Origin: an uncultured Methylomirabilota bacterium
GTDB lineage: Bacteria; Methylomirabilota; Methylomirabilia; Methylomirabilales; 2-02-FULL-66-22
Assembly (NCBI GenBank): GCA_963705305.1
Contig: OY970067.1
Coordinates: 3,104,001 to 3,168,000 of the forward strand
Length of the DNA: 64,000 nt
Reading direction: 5' to 3'
Positions within the stretch are counted from its first letter, which is position 1. The number at the start of each line of letters is the position of its first letter. Of the stretch, positions 9,610 through 18,830 are shown piece by piece. The notes under the pieces were generated by a model that worked only from the letters and a program-made list of their open reading frames with translations, had not been told where the DNA came from and ran no database searches. The position numbers and the translations under genes were made by a program.

Positions 9610-10662
9610 TCAGTCCGATGCGAAATCCACGGGGACTCCGAGCTCTCTGAGCACCGCCTCCAGGAGTATCCAGGCTTCGTCGCTGAACGGGATGCCCTCG
9701 CGGGCTCGCCGCGCCTCTTCCTCCCGGTCCGGCTCGCCCGGGATGAAGACCCGACCGGTTTCATGGGCAGGCCGCGCCGTCTTGACGTAGGCGGTGAGTT
9801 GATCCACACGGGCCCGGAACTGATCGGGCGGAAGGAAGGGGGTCACGTCCAGCGCGAGGAGAAAAATGCCGTTCATCTCCTGCGGTCCCGGGGCGGATGT
9901 GGGGAAGCCGGCCCCCGAGAGAATCCCCGCCAGGACCTCGACGGCCAAGCTCAATGCGTAGCCCTTGTGGCCGCCGGCCGGCAACAGGGCCCCGCGTGGC
10001 GTCGCGAACAGAGATGCCGGATCCGTGGTGGGGGAGCCGTCGGCATCCAAGAGCCAACCCGCCGGAGCGGGGTCGCCTTTCAGCAAGAGCTGCCGGACCT
10101 GGCCGGCGGCGGCGGCGCTGGTGGCAAAGTCGAAGACGATCCCCGGCCCGCGCGTCCCCGGAAATCCCATGGCGATCGGGTTCGTGGAGAGGCGGGGATC
10201 CCGGCCGCCCCACGGGACCACCACCTGGCCCGACCCGGCGTCATTGACGGCGGCCATCCCGACGAGGCCGGCCGCCATGATCCGCTCGGCATACTCCCCC
10301 AGGCGGCCCACATGGTTGCTGTTCATCCCGGTCACCACGGCGATGCCGCTGGCGGTCGCCTTCTGGATCACCAGCCGGGTCGCGTAGCCGGCCACGACCT
10401 GTCCGAAGGCCTGCCTGCCGTCCACCTTGGCACTGAAGATCGTCTCCGCGACGGTGAGCGGCCGGGCGGCGGGGTTCAAGAGCCCCTTCTTCCACCACTC
10501 GTGGTACTGGACCAGGCGGAACGCCCCGTGGGAGTCGACACCCCGCAGGTTCGCGCGGACTAGATGAACCGCCACCTCCTGCGCGTTCTCCCGGTTCGCG
10601 CCCATCCTCTGGCAGGCGTCGGTCACTGCATCCTGAAGCGCTGTCGCGTTTACGTGCCTCAT
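9610..10662 (-). CDS. Ldh_2 family (malate/L-lactate/ureidoglycolate) oxidoreductase
   Basis: RGVDSHG, NHVGRLG, STNPIA, DFATS, GGHKGYAL motifs. Confidence 0.9.
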   Translation of the reverse strand: MRHVNATALQDAVTDACQRMGANRENAQEVAVHLVRANLRGVDSHGAFRLVQYHEWWKKGLLNPAARPLTVAETIFSAKVDGRQAFGQVVAGYATRLVIQKATASGIAVVTGMNSNHVGRLGEYAERIMAAGLVGMAAVNDAGSGQVVVPWGGRDPRLSTNPIAMGFPGTRGPGIVFDFATSAAAAGQVRQLLLKGDPAPAGWLLDADGSPTTDPASLFATPRGALLPAGGHKGYALSLAVEVLAGILSGAGFPTSAPGPQEMNGIFLLALDVTPFLPPDQFRARVDQLTAYVKTARPAHETGRVFIPGEPDREEEARRAREGIPFSDEAWILLEAVLRELGVPVDFASD

Positions 10663-10736
10663 GGGTAAGCCTCGGAGTCACTTCGGAGTTGTGCGGCCGG
10701 AGCGCGCGCCCGCCGACGCGTCGGCGGGCCATCCCT

Positions 10737-11144
10737 TCACGCGGCCGTGCGCCCGGGACGGGGCAAGTTGGTGGAAATCTCGACCAGGTGGCCTTCGGGA
10801 TCGTGGAAGTGCGCCGACCGCTGCCTCCACGGGCGATCCTTGGGCGTATCGAGGAAGGGAACTCCACGGTCGGCCAATTCCCGATAGGTGCGGTCCACGT
10901 CCTCCACCAGCAGGGTCACGGCCGCCTCGTGGGCGCCGGCAGCCGGCCGCGCAGCCTGGCTCTCCCCCACCAGTCCGGGCACTCGCCCGCGAGCCAGCAG
11001 GGCGAGCTTCGCCCCCTCAACGGCCAGCTCCGCGTATCCCTCGTCGCGGAAGCGGACCGGCAGACCCACCTTGTCTCGGTAAAATCCCACCGCCCCTTCG
11101 AAATCGTTCACGAACAGCACCACATAGCCGAGGTAGCAGAACAT
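10737..11144 (-). CDS. VOC/glyoxalase family protein
   Basis: VVLFVNDF..FYRDKVG; DRPWRQRSAHFHDPEGHLVEI; RBS GAGGAG. Confidence 0.88.
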   Translation of the reverse strand: MFCYLGYVVLFVNDFEGAVGFYRDKVGLPVRFRDEGYAELAVEGAKLALLARGRVPGLVGESQAARPAAGAHEAAVTLLVEDVDRTYRELADRGVPFLDTPKDRPWRQRSAHFHDPEGHLVEISTNLPRPGRTAA

Positions 11145-11383
11145 CGTCTCCTCCTCTGGTGAGGGAATCGCCAGAATCTCTGGCGCTTCGTGAGCAGCAC
11201 CGACGGGGACTGGATACCCCACCCGCGCCCACCTTGTCAAGTCCGAGTGGCGGCAGCCGGGCCGCTGAGACCCAAAAGCCAACCCGGGTCATTCAGGAAC
11301 GGTTCGTCCGCCGCGAGGGTCCAATGGCCGATTGTCCAATAATCAAGCGTGATCGCCGATTCCCGGTTCCAGCAGCGGCCTAG

Positions 11384-11534
11384 CAGGATGCTGAAACACC
11401 CGCTTTCCCCCAGGCTGCTCAAAAGGGCCCAGATGCAAGGCGGCATGCGATCCGCGGCGCGAGGCGTACTTCCGGTACGCCGCAGCGTCGCGGGAGCGCG
11501 CCAACGCAGTAGATGGGCCTTTTTGAGCAGCCTG
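11384..11534. mobile_element. MITE/REP-like palindromic element, copy 1
   Basis: Ends CAGGATGCTGAAA (11384) and TTTTTGAGCAGCCTG (11534), internal CAGGCTGCTCAAAA (11411); flanked by CTAG and CTAA; inverted homologue at 28373-28583. Confidence 0.75.
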
Positions 11535-12374
11535 CTAATGGATCAGGCGGCGGCGGACCAGACGGGCGGCCAGGAGGGACGCGGCGATGATTGCCGGGAC
11601 CAATCCCAGCACCGGTAGAAGCGTCCCGAGGCTGGGCCGGCCCTCCATGAGGGATCGCGTGGCGCGCACGGCATAGGTGAGTGGAAGGAATCCGGCCGCC
11701 ACCCGGGCCCAGCGGGGCAGGGAGTCCAGCGGAAAGAAAACCCCGCAGAAGAGGAACATGGGGGTGATGACCAGGGTGAGGTAGTAATTGAAGAACTCGA
11801 AGCTTTGGGCCAGGGCGGCCACCATCAGGGAGAGCGCGGAGAAGAACAGGGCCAGCAGGGCCACGACGGCCGGCACCGCCACGGCCCACGGCGACGCGCT
11901 CAGCCCGAAGAGCCAGACCGCCGCCAGCATCACCGTGCCGTTAAAGACCCCCTTGGTCGCCCCCCAGAGAATGTCCCCGGCGACGATGTCTTCCATGCTG
12001 AGCGGCGTGGTGAAGATGGCCTCGTACGTCTTCTGGTGAATCATGCGCACGTACGCTCCGTAGGTGCACTCGTACGCCGCCGCGAACATCGCCGTCGAGA
12101 CGACCATCCCCGGCGCCACGAACGCCACGTACGGCCGGCCGCCGACCGTTCCCACCAGGGTTCCGAGGCCGAAGCCGAACCCCAGCAGGTAGAGCAGCGG
12201 CTCTCCGATGCTGGGGCCGACCAAGCTGGGGAGGGAATACTTCCGGAAGACGGCCAGGTTCCGCTGCCAGACGCGCACGGCGCGCCAGCCGGGAAGCGCG
12301 ACGCGCGGAGATCGGCGTCCCAACGTCCGGGAGAGCCCGGCCGGACCGGATTCGTCTCGGAGTTCCAGGCTCAT
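11535..12374 (-). CDS. ABC-2 type permease (NodJ-like)
   Basis: EPLLYLLGFGFGLG, FVAPGM, MFLFCGVFFP..LP; multiple TM segments. Confidence 0.9.
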   Translation of the reverse strand: MSLELRDESGPAGLSRTLGRRSPRVALPGWRAVRVWQRNLAVFRKYSLPSLVGPSIGEPLLYLLGFGFGLGTLVGTVGGRPYVAFVAPGMVVSTAMFAAAYECTYGAYVRMIHQKTYEAIFTTPLSMEDIVAGDILWGATKGVFNGTVMLAAVWLFGLSASPWAVAVPAVVALLALFFSALSLMVAALAQSFEFFNYYLTLVITPMFLFCGVFFPLDSLPRWARVAAGFLPLTYAVRATRSLMEGRPSLGTLLPVLGLVPAIIAASLLAARLVRRRLIH

Positions 12375-13312
12375 GCGCGTCGATCCTCCTCTTCCAGGGC
12401 GCGTCCCGCCAGCTTCAGGAACAGGTCCTCGAGGCTGGCCGGCCGGTGCAGGAGATGTGGGGGATCAAGGGCGCTCACCCGGGGGAGCAGGGCGCGGCCC
12501 TCGCGGCAGTAGAGGTAGAGCGTGTCGCCCACCCGCTCCCAGCGGAGTGGAAGGCCGTCGACCGCGGCCAGGACGCGCCGCTGCAGCGACTCGTCCGCGC
12601 GGAGCTCGATGACCTCCTCGCCGATCTCGGTGCGCACCAGCTCCAAGGGGGGGCCGTGCCGCAGGATGCGGCCGGCATGCATCAGGGCCACCCGGTCGCA
12701 AAGCTGGGCGGCCTCTTCCATGTAATGCGTGGTGAGAACCTGGGTCGTGCCGCGCGCCTTCAGCTCGCGCAGACGCTACCACACCAGATGGCGGGCCTGG
12801 GGGTCCAAGCCCGTGGTGGGCTCGTCCAGGATGAGCAGATCGGGTCGATTCATGAGGGCTCGGGCGATCAGGAGGCGCCGCTTCATGCCACCGGAGAGCT
12901 CACCCAGCGGACTGGCGGCCCGGCTGGCCAGCGCCATGAAATCCAGCAGCTCGGCCGCGCGCCGCCGGGCCTCGCGGCGTGGGATGTCGAAATAGCGGGC
13001 AAAGGTCAGCAGGTTCTCCTCTGCCGAGAGATCCGGGTCGAGATTCTCCTCCTGCGGGACCACTCCGAGCCGGCGCTTTACCGCAGCCGGCTCGCGGTCC
13101 ACCCGCATCCCCAGGACCTGGAGCTCCCCAGCCGTGATCGGCGTCACGGCATGGATCATGCGAACGGTGGTGGTCTTTCCGGCCCCATTGGGGCCGAGGA
13201 ACCCAAAGCACTCGCTGGCCCGGACCTCGAAGTCGATGCCGTCCACGGCAACGAGATGATCGAAATGCTTGCGTAGTTGGCGGGCGCGAATGGCCGGAGC
13301 AAACACAGGCAT
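12371..13312 (-). CDS. ABC transporter ATPase (NodI-like) with an in-frame TAG at 12776-12778
   Basis: GPNGAGKTT, LSGGMKRR, LDEPTTGLDP..HLVW[TAG]RLRELKARGTTQVLTTHYMEEA; both ORF pieces are in the same frame. Confidence 0.85.
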
Positions 13313-13364
13313 CACCAATCAGGGCCTGACCCTGGCCGGAGCCGGGGCGCCGGGCGGAGAGAAC

Positions 13365-13400
13365 AAAACCCCGGCGACTATCGTATGTCGCCGGGGTTTG
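13365..13400 (-). terminator. Rho-independent terminator after csp
   Basis: aaaaccccggcgac-tatcgtat-gtcgccggggttt hairpin with T-tract on the minus strand. Confidence 0.75.
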
Positions 13401-13429
13401 AACGTCAACGGACTCTGGTGCGCCGGGAG

Positions 13430-13645
13430 CTACTGGGCCTGCGCAACCTTCGTGACGTTGGCAGCCTGCTTCCCCTTGGGGCCGTCCACCACTTCGAACT
13501 CCACCTCCTGGCCCTCGCTTAGGGAACGGAAGCCTGTTCCCTGTATGGCAGTATAATGGACAAAGACATCATCGCCATCCGGCCGCTCGATGAATCCGTA
13601 TCCCTTTGCGTCGTTGAACCACTTCACTTTCCCGGTGAGCCTCAC
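13430..13645 (-). CDS. cspA: Cold-shock protein (CspA family)
   Basis: [24 protein letters not shown] start with RBS GAAGGAGG. Confidence 0.93.
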   Translation of the reverse strand: MRLTGKVKWFNDAKGYGFIERPDGDDVFVHYTAIQGTGFRSLSEGQEVEFEVVDGPKGKQAANVTKVAQAQ

Positions 13646-13864
13646 GTGCGAACCTCCTTCTTGCCATGCATGCCCATCCACACCGACGGACACCTCGCGC
13701 CAGCTGGCCCGTGTCCGCCCGCCGGCCTCCACACGACAGCGGCCGGCTCAATAAAAAAACCGCGACGGCGAAAGCCCGGCGCCGTCGCGGCCCTGGTCAG
13801 ATTCCCGGAAACAAAAGGCATACGCGAGCATGGACAAAACAGTTCTCAGGGTTAAACGGCGCGC

Positions 13865-13893
13865 ACATTACCCTGGGGTCAAAACATTGTCAA
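13865..13893 (-). promoter_or_regulatory. Sigma70-like promoter of csp (~210 nt 5' UTR)
   Basis: TTGACA-17nt-TAATGT on the minus strand. Confidence 0.65.
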
Positions 13894-14015
13894 GAACTTT
13901 CTCTGCTGCGTCATGGAAAAGGACGGGGTTCCTGACAGGCCGGGCGGTGTCGTCCCCCACAGCACTCCGGGTCGGACCGTCGGCGGCGGGATGCGGTCGG
14001 ACCTGGGAAATCGGG

Positions 14016-14044
14016 TTGACACCTCCGACGAGGGTGAGTACAGT
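14016..14044 (+). promoter_or_regulatory. Sigma70-like promoter of the NusG paralogue
   Basis: TTGACA-17nt-TACAGT. Confidence 0.65.
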
Positions 14045-14119
14045 CTCGCCGCGGCTTCTTCCCCGATGCCAGCGCGGGAGCCCCACATGGCCACATCCGC
14101 TGCGACGATGGCGAGAGCC

Positions 14120-14887
14120 ATGACCACCGTTCAGACAATTCCCGAATGGTACGCCCTCCGGACGCGCTCTCGCCACGAGAAGCTCGTCCGGGACCAGCTG
14201 ACCGCCAAGGGCATCGAGCCGTTCCTGCCGCTCGTGGAGCGGTGGCGGCAGTGGAAGGACCGGCGCAAGCAGGTGGCCTTCCCATTGTTCCCCGGCTATT
14301 GCTTCGCCCGGTTCTCACTCTCGGCGCGCCGCACCGTCCTCTTGGTGCACGGGGTTGTGCAGATCATCGGCAACCGGGACGGACCGCTGCCCGTCCCGGA
14401 GGCCGAAATCGAATCGGTTCGGCGCCTCGTGACGAGCACACTTCCGTACGATCCTCACCCCTATCTGCACGAGGGAATGTGGGTAGAAGTGATCCGCGGG
14501 CCCCTGGCCGGACTGCGTGGAGTACTCCTCCGCAAAGGCGCGCGGGCCCGGTTGGTGATCAGCGTGTCGTTGATCCAGCAGGCGGCCTCCGTCGAGCTAG
14601 ACGCCGAGGACGTTCTCGCCACTTCGCTGACTCCAGATATCGCCCGCCGAGGCGGTAAAGCGCGCAAAGAATCGCCACCCCTCGGCGCGGCCGTGGCCCG
14701 ACCGGGACGAGACGTTCCGACAGCCTCCGCGATTCCCTGTGCGCGGTCCGGATCCAGGAACGGCGCGGCCGGAGCGCGTGCAGCGCTCCGGCCGATGATT
14801 GCCGCCTTGTTACTGTCCCGTCCGCCCGGCGCTTGGAGCGCCGGGCCCCGGAGGGCGGAGGCTATTCGGGGCTTTGCGTGGGCGTGA
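14120..14887 (+). CDS. NusG paralogue (UpxY/RfaH-like transcription antiterminator)
   Basis: NGN domain WYALRTRSRHEK..PLFPGYCF plus KOW VEVIRGPLAGLRG; the tail after ~14630 looks non-conserved; start uncertain (14087-14120). Confidence 0.85.
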   Translation: MTTVQTIPEWYALRTRSRHEKLVRDQLTAKGIEPFLPLVERWRQWKDRRKQVAFPLFPGYCFARFSLSARRTVLLVHGVVQIIGNRDGPLPVPEAEIESVRRLVTSTLPYDPHPYLHEGMWVEVIRGPLAGLRGVLLRKGARARLVISVSLIQQAASVELDAEDVLATSLTPDIARRGGKARKESPPLGAAVARPGRDVPTASAIPCARSGSRNGAAGARAALRPMIAALLLSRPPGAWSAGPRRAEAIRGFAWA

Positions 14888-16760
14888 CAGCGGGAGCCAC
14901 CCCCAGGGCGTTCACCCCCCAGAAGCCCAGTCGCTCGCCGGCATGCGAGTACGCCGCACGCACCCGGCCGAGGTTGCGGGTGAAGACCAGGCCGATCTTG
15001 GCAAAGCTTTCGAAGATCGGGCCCTGCTCTTCGTTGATGGGAAGCTGGACGACCTTGGGCAGGCGATCCAGATTCTGCTGCAAGGTCTTGGAGAGGGCCT
15101 CCAGGCGGGCCGACAACTCCTCCTGGCCCTGCGTCGCGCGTTTGACGATGGGCGCGATGATCAGATCCACCCGCTCGCGCAGGCGGTGAAGGGAGTCGGC
15201 AGCCATCGGCATGAGGTACGCCTCGGGGGTGGGCTGCGCCTGCGTGGGCAGGGCGACCACCTCGACGCCCAGCTCGGCCAGGAAGCGCTGGAGCAGGAGG
15301 CCCAGACGGTCCTGCAGAAACACATCCGGGACGGCCACCCGCTTCCACGTCTTCACCAGGCCGGATTCGTGAACACGATCCACCTCGCCGTACAGGTCCT
15401 GGCGCAGCTTGGCCACGTAGCCGACGTTGGCCTTATACCATTCATGGATGAGCCGCTTGCCGTACAGCTGGATGCCGGCCGTATAGATATCCCGGCGCAG
15501 TACCAGGGTGCGGGCGATGTTCCCCCAGGAGTAGAACTTGCGCATGGCGTTCATGGCGCCCAGCTGCAGCTCGTAGGGGGACATCTTCCGCGGCTGGTGC
15601 ACGCAGTGGTGGCCGTCGTACAGGCTCCAGTCCGCACAGATGATGTCCTTGCTCCCCTTGGCGTAAATGTTGTCCCAGTCGGGAGAGCCGGGGCAGGGTG
15701 TGAGGATCATGAATTGCACCGACTCCACGCCGCGGGAGATGGCAAAGTTGGCCGTGGCGTCCAGGGTCTCCACCTCGTCCTCATCCGACCCCACGACGAA
15801 CATCCCGTGAATCTTGACATCGTGCTCGTGGAACTTCTCGATGGCCCGCTCGATCTTGGCCAGGTCCTGCTTCTTCTGGAAGAGCTTGAGAGTCTTGGGG
15901 TTGATGGACTCGAAGCCCACGTACACATTGAAGCAATTGCTGCGCCGCATCAAATCCAGCAGCTCGGGGTCGTCCACGGTTTCCGTGCGCACCTGGGCGC
16001 CCCACTCGGGCGTCAGCCCCTCGTCGATCATCCGGGAGAGAAGCTCCTTGATGCGGCGTCGGTTGGCCGTGAAGATGTCGTCGGCGAAGAAGATGTAGCT
16101 GGCGTCCCGATGCGCCCGGAGCTCCTCCAGGACCCGGTCCACGGAATGGGTCCGGAAGGCATGCCCGTACATGCCGGGGACGGAGCAGAAGGTGCAGGAG
16201 TACGGGCAGCCGCGCGAGGTGGCGACGCTGACGATCCCGCCCCGCCTCCAGCCGTGAACCAGGCTGAAGTCGGGAACGGGATTCACGTCCAGGTCCCGGA
16301 TCTTGGGTCGCTCCGGGTTGTGGACCATGACACCGTCCCGCCAGAAGGAGAGGTTCTGGATGCTGGCCAGGTCCCGCTTGCCCTGCAGCGCCTCGGCCAG
16401 CTCGACGAAGGCCGCCTCACCCTCTCCGCGGATCACGTAGTCGGCGTGTTGCAGTCCCTCCTCCGTCAAGAAGGAGGTGTGGGTTCCCCCCAGAACCACC
16501 GGGATCCCGGCGGCCCGGACCTTCTCCGCCAGCGCGTAGGAGGGGGGGGCGGTGGAGGTGATGGCGGACACCCCGACGAAATCCGCGCTCAGGACTTCCT
16601 GCATATTGATAGGGGCAATGTCCTCGATATAGACGCGGACGTCGTACCCCAGGTTCCGCATGATGGTCCCCAACAGCACGACTCCCAGGCGCGGAATGGC
16701 TACCCGGCTGTAGACGTGCAGGTGGGTAGACTTCGGCTCCACCAGGACGACTTTGCGCAT
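14862..16760 (-). CDS. B12-binding radical SAM protein with extra C-terminal domain
   Basis: VLGGTH, GEGE, TSRGCPYSCTFC, FADD, GFES motifs; C-terminal KRVAVPDVF..RFLAELGVEVV segment. Confidence 0.9.
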   Translation of the reverse strand: MRKVVLVEPKSTHLHVYSRVAIPRLGVVLLGTIMRNLGYDVRVYIEDIAPINMQEVLSADFVGVSAITSTAPPSYALAEKVRAAGIPVVLGGTHTSFLTEEGLQHADYVIRGEGEAAFVELAEALQGKRDLASIQNLSFWRDGVMVHNPERPKIRDLDVNPVPDFSLVHGWRRGGIVSVATSRGCPYSCTFCSVPGMYGHAFRTHSVDRVLEELRAHRDASYIFFADDIFTANRRRIKELLSRMIDEGLTPEWGAQVRTETVDDPELLDLMRRSNCFNVYVGFESINPKTLKLFQKKQDLAKIERAIEKFHEHDVKIHGMFVVGSDEDEVETLDATANFAISRGVESVQFMILTPCPGSPDWDNIYAKGSKDIICADWSLYDGHHCVHQPRKMSPYELQLGAMNAMRKFYSWGNIARTLVLRRDIYTAGIQLYGKRLIHEWYKANVGYVAKLRQDLYGEVDRVHESGLVKTWKRVAVPDVFLQDRLGLLLQRFLAELGVEVVALPTQAQPTPEAYLMPMAADSLHRLRERVDLIIAPIVKRATQGQEELSARLEALSKTLQQNLDRLPKVVQLPINEEQGPIFESFAKIGLVFTRNLGRVRAAYSHAGERLGFWGVNALGVAPAVTPTQSPE

Positions 16761-16881
16761 ATCCGGTCTCCTCCAGGCGGTGCGACCCCGGCAAACCAAG
16801 CCCCAGCGGGTCTCGCCCTGTGGATTTCCAAGACGGGCTCACCCTGAGCCCCGGGTGGAAGGAAATAGCCGCTATCCAAGC

Positions 16882-16910
16882 ACCTTAGCCCAGCCCCCGG
16901 CGCTTGTCAA
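16882..16910 (-). promoter_or_regulatory. Sigma70-like promoter of the radical SAM gene
   Basis: TTGACA-17nt-TAAGGT on the minus strand. Confidence 0.6.
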
Positions 16911-17073
16911 ACACTAATTTTTCCGCAGTTTCGCCGCCAGCGGGGCAGTCTGACGTCGGTGAATGGGGCCGTAGGCGCCGAAGCGCGGTGGGATCGCGCG
17001 AATTCGCATAACAATCCGGGGCCGGGGCCACGCCCCCGAAATCGGCCCGGCGGGCAGTAACCGGCATACCCGG

Positions 17074-17101
17074 TTGACAATCGTGGGTAAGCTGTTATAA
17101 A
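17074..17101 (+). promoter_or_regulatory. Sigma70-like promoter
   Basis: TTGACA-16nt-TATAAA with TGn extended -10. Confidence 0.6.
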
Positions 17102-17131
17102 GGTAACCGATTGAAAAATCAGGAAAGGCGG

Positions 17132-17518
17132 ATGTCCAACTTCCTGGTTCGATGGGCCACGACCGCCGTGGCCATTGGTGTGGCGGCTCAGATACTACCG
17201 GGAATCAGGGTGGATGGCCTATGGGCGGCCATCGTGGCGGCGCTGCTCCTCGGCCTTGTGAACGCCACGCTTCGTCCAATCCTCCTCCTCTTGACTCTTC
17301 CCATCACGGTGGTGACGCTGGGGCTGTTCGCCTTGATTGTCAACGGCGCAATGCTGGCCCTGGTCGCAAGCGTGGTCAAGGGGGTCCACGTGAGCGGTTT
17401 CGGCAGCGCGATCTTGGGCGCCCTGGTCATCAGTCTGGTGGGCGGCGTGTTGAACTCGCTGATTCGCCCGCAGCCGCGGCTGCACGTGCGGGTCTGGCGG
17501 TCGCGGGATGAATTCTAA
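17132..17518 (+). CDS. YvlD-like membrane protein ('phage holin family')
   Basis: LLGLVNATLRPIL..LTLPI..TLGLF..VNG motif; four TM segments. Confidence 0.85.
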   Translation: MSNFLVRWATTAVAIGVAAQILPGIRVDGLWAAIVAALLLGLVNATLRPILLLLTLPITVVTLGLFALIVNGAMLALVASVVKGVHVSGFGSAILGALVISLVGGVLNSLIRPQPRLHVRVWRSRDEF

Positions 17519-17536
17519 CAGCTGGAAGGAGGCGCC

Positions 17537-18472
17537 GTGGGCATTCGAAAAGCGGTGTTCCCTGCAGCGGGGCTCGGGACCCGGTTCCTGCCGGCGACCA
17601 AGGCACAACCCAAGGAAATGCTTCCCATCGTGGATCGACCCACGATCCAGTATGTTGTCGAGGAGGCGGTCGCGTCGGGCATCCAGGAGATTATCGTCGT
17701 CACCGGCCGGGGCAAGAACGCCATCGAGGATCACTTCGACCGCTGTCTCGAGCTGGAGATGATGCTCTCTCGAAGGGGCCGGCCGGACCTGGTAGAGACC
17801 GTGCGGCACCTCTCCGATCTTGTGACGATCTGCTACGTGAGGCAGAAGGAGCCGCTGGGACTGGGACACGCCGTCCTGGCTGCCAGGGAGCTGGTGGGGA
17901 ACGAGCCCTTTGCCGTCCTGCTGGGAGACGACATCCTGACCGGCGAGGTGCCGGCGCTCCGCCAGTTGATGGCCGTGCACGAGGAGCATGGCTGTTCGGT
18001 GCTCTGTGTGCAGCGGGTCCCCAAGGAGGTTGTCTCCCGCTACGGCGTCATCAAGGGGCGAAAGCTGTCGGAGGGCCTGTACCACATCATGGATCTTGTC
18101 GAGAAGCCGGAGGTGGACAAGGCCCCTTCCACGCTGGCGCTCATCGGCCGGTACATTCTGCCTCCCGAGATCTTTCCGATCCTGCAGCGCACGGCTCCGG
18201 ACCGGACCGGCGAGATCCAGCTGACTAATGCGCTCAAGACGCTGCTGAAGGACAGGCGGCACATGATCTACGCCATGGAATTTGCGGGGGAATGGCACGA
18301 TGCGGGGACCGTGCTGGGGTTCCTGAAGACCACGGTGCGGTTTGCGCTCCGGCGGCCGGACGTGGCCCCCGGATTCAAAGAGTTTCTGCGCGGCTTAGAT
18401 CTGGAATCAGATGAAGGCGCGGCCGGTCGGACGGGCAGACATTCACAGCACCCCGCGGCGCATCGGCGCTGA
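17537..18472 (+). CDS. galU: UTP--glucose-1-phosphate uridylyltransferase
   Basis: KAVFPAAGLGTRFLPATKAQPKEMLP, QKEPLGLGHAV, GEIQLT. Confidence 0.95.
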   Translation: MGIRKAVFPAAGLGTRFLPATKAQPKEMLPIVDRPTIQYVVEEAVASGIQEIIVVTGRGKNAIEDHFDRCLELEMMLSRRGRPDLVETVRHLSDLVTICYVRQKEPLGLGHAVLAARELVGNEPFAVLLGDDILTGEVPALRQLMAVHEEHGCSVLCVQRVPKEVVSRYGVIKGRKLSEGLYHIMDLVEKPEVDKAPSTLALIGRYILPPEIFPILQRTAPDRTGEIQLTNALKTLLKDRRHMIYAMEFAGEWHDAGTVLGFLKTTVRFALRRPDVAPGFKEFLRGLDLESDEGAAGRTGRHSQHPAAHRR

Positions 18473-18507
18473 TCCAGACAGTCATTTTGGAGGGCGTGCG
18501 AGGAGCA

Positions 18508-18767
18508 TGATCGACAAGAAGCCGCCACGTCAGCCAGCAGCCAGCAGGCCGGACGAGCCGGAGGGGACCGAGGAGCAGCCAGTCGCTCCGGGCCAGGAGG
18601 ACCGGGCGGAGGCCGACCCGTCGTCGACCGAGGTGCCCGAAGGGCCGGATCTGTATGAGGATCTCTGGGATCCGGACATGGACACGCGTCCGGCGCGCAT
18701 TCGCCGCACGCGGGCCCGAGCGCGCAGCGCAGCATCCACGAAGGGGAGGCGGCGTGAGAGCGCGTGA
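18508..18767 (+). CDS. Hypothetical acidic, low-complexity protein
   Basis: RBS GAGGAG; fills the galU-lon gap; no recognisable motif. Confidence 0.4.
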
Positions 18768-18830
18768 ACCTCGAGGACCGTGTGCGAGTCGCGTCCACGT
18801 CCGAGGGCGAACCAACAAGGAGAATGGTGC

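Noticed and set aside
17132..17518. 'Phage holin' gene as evidence of a prophage
   Set aside because: The YvlD-like family is a common chromosomal membrane protein; no phage genes nearby.
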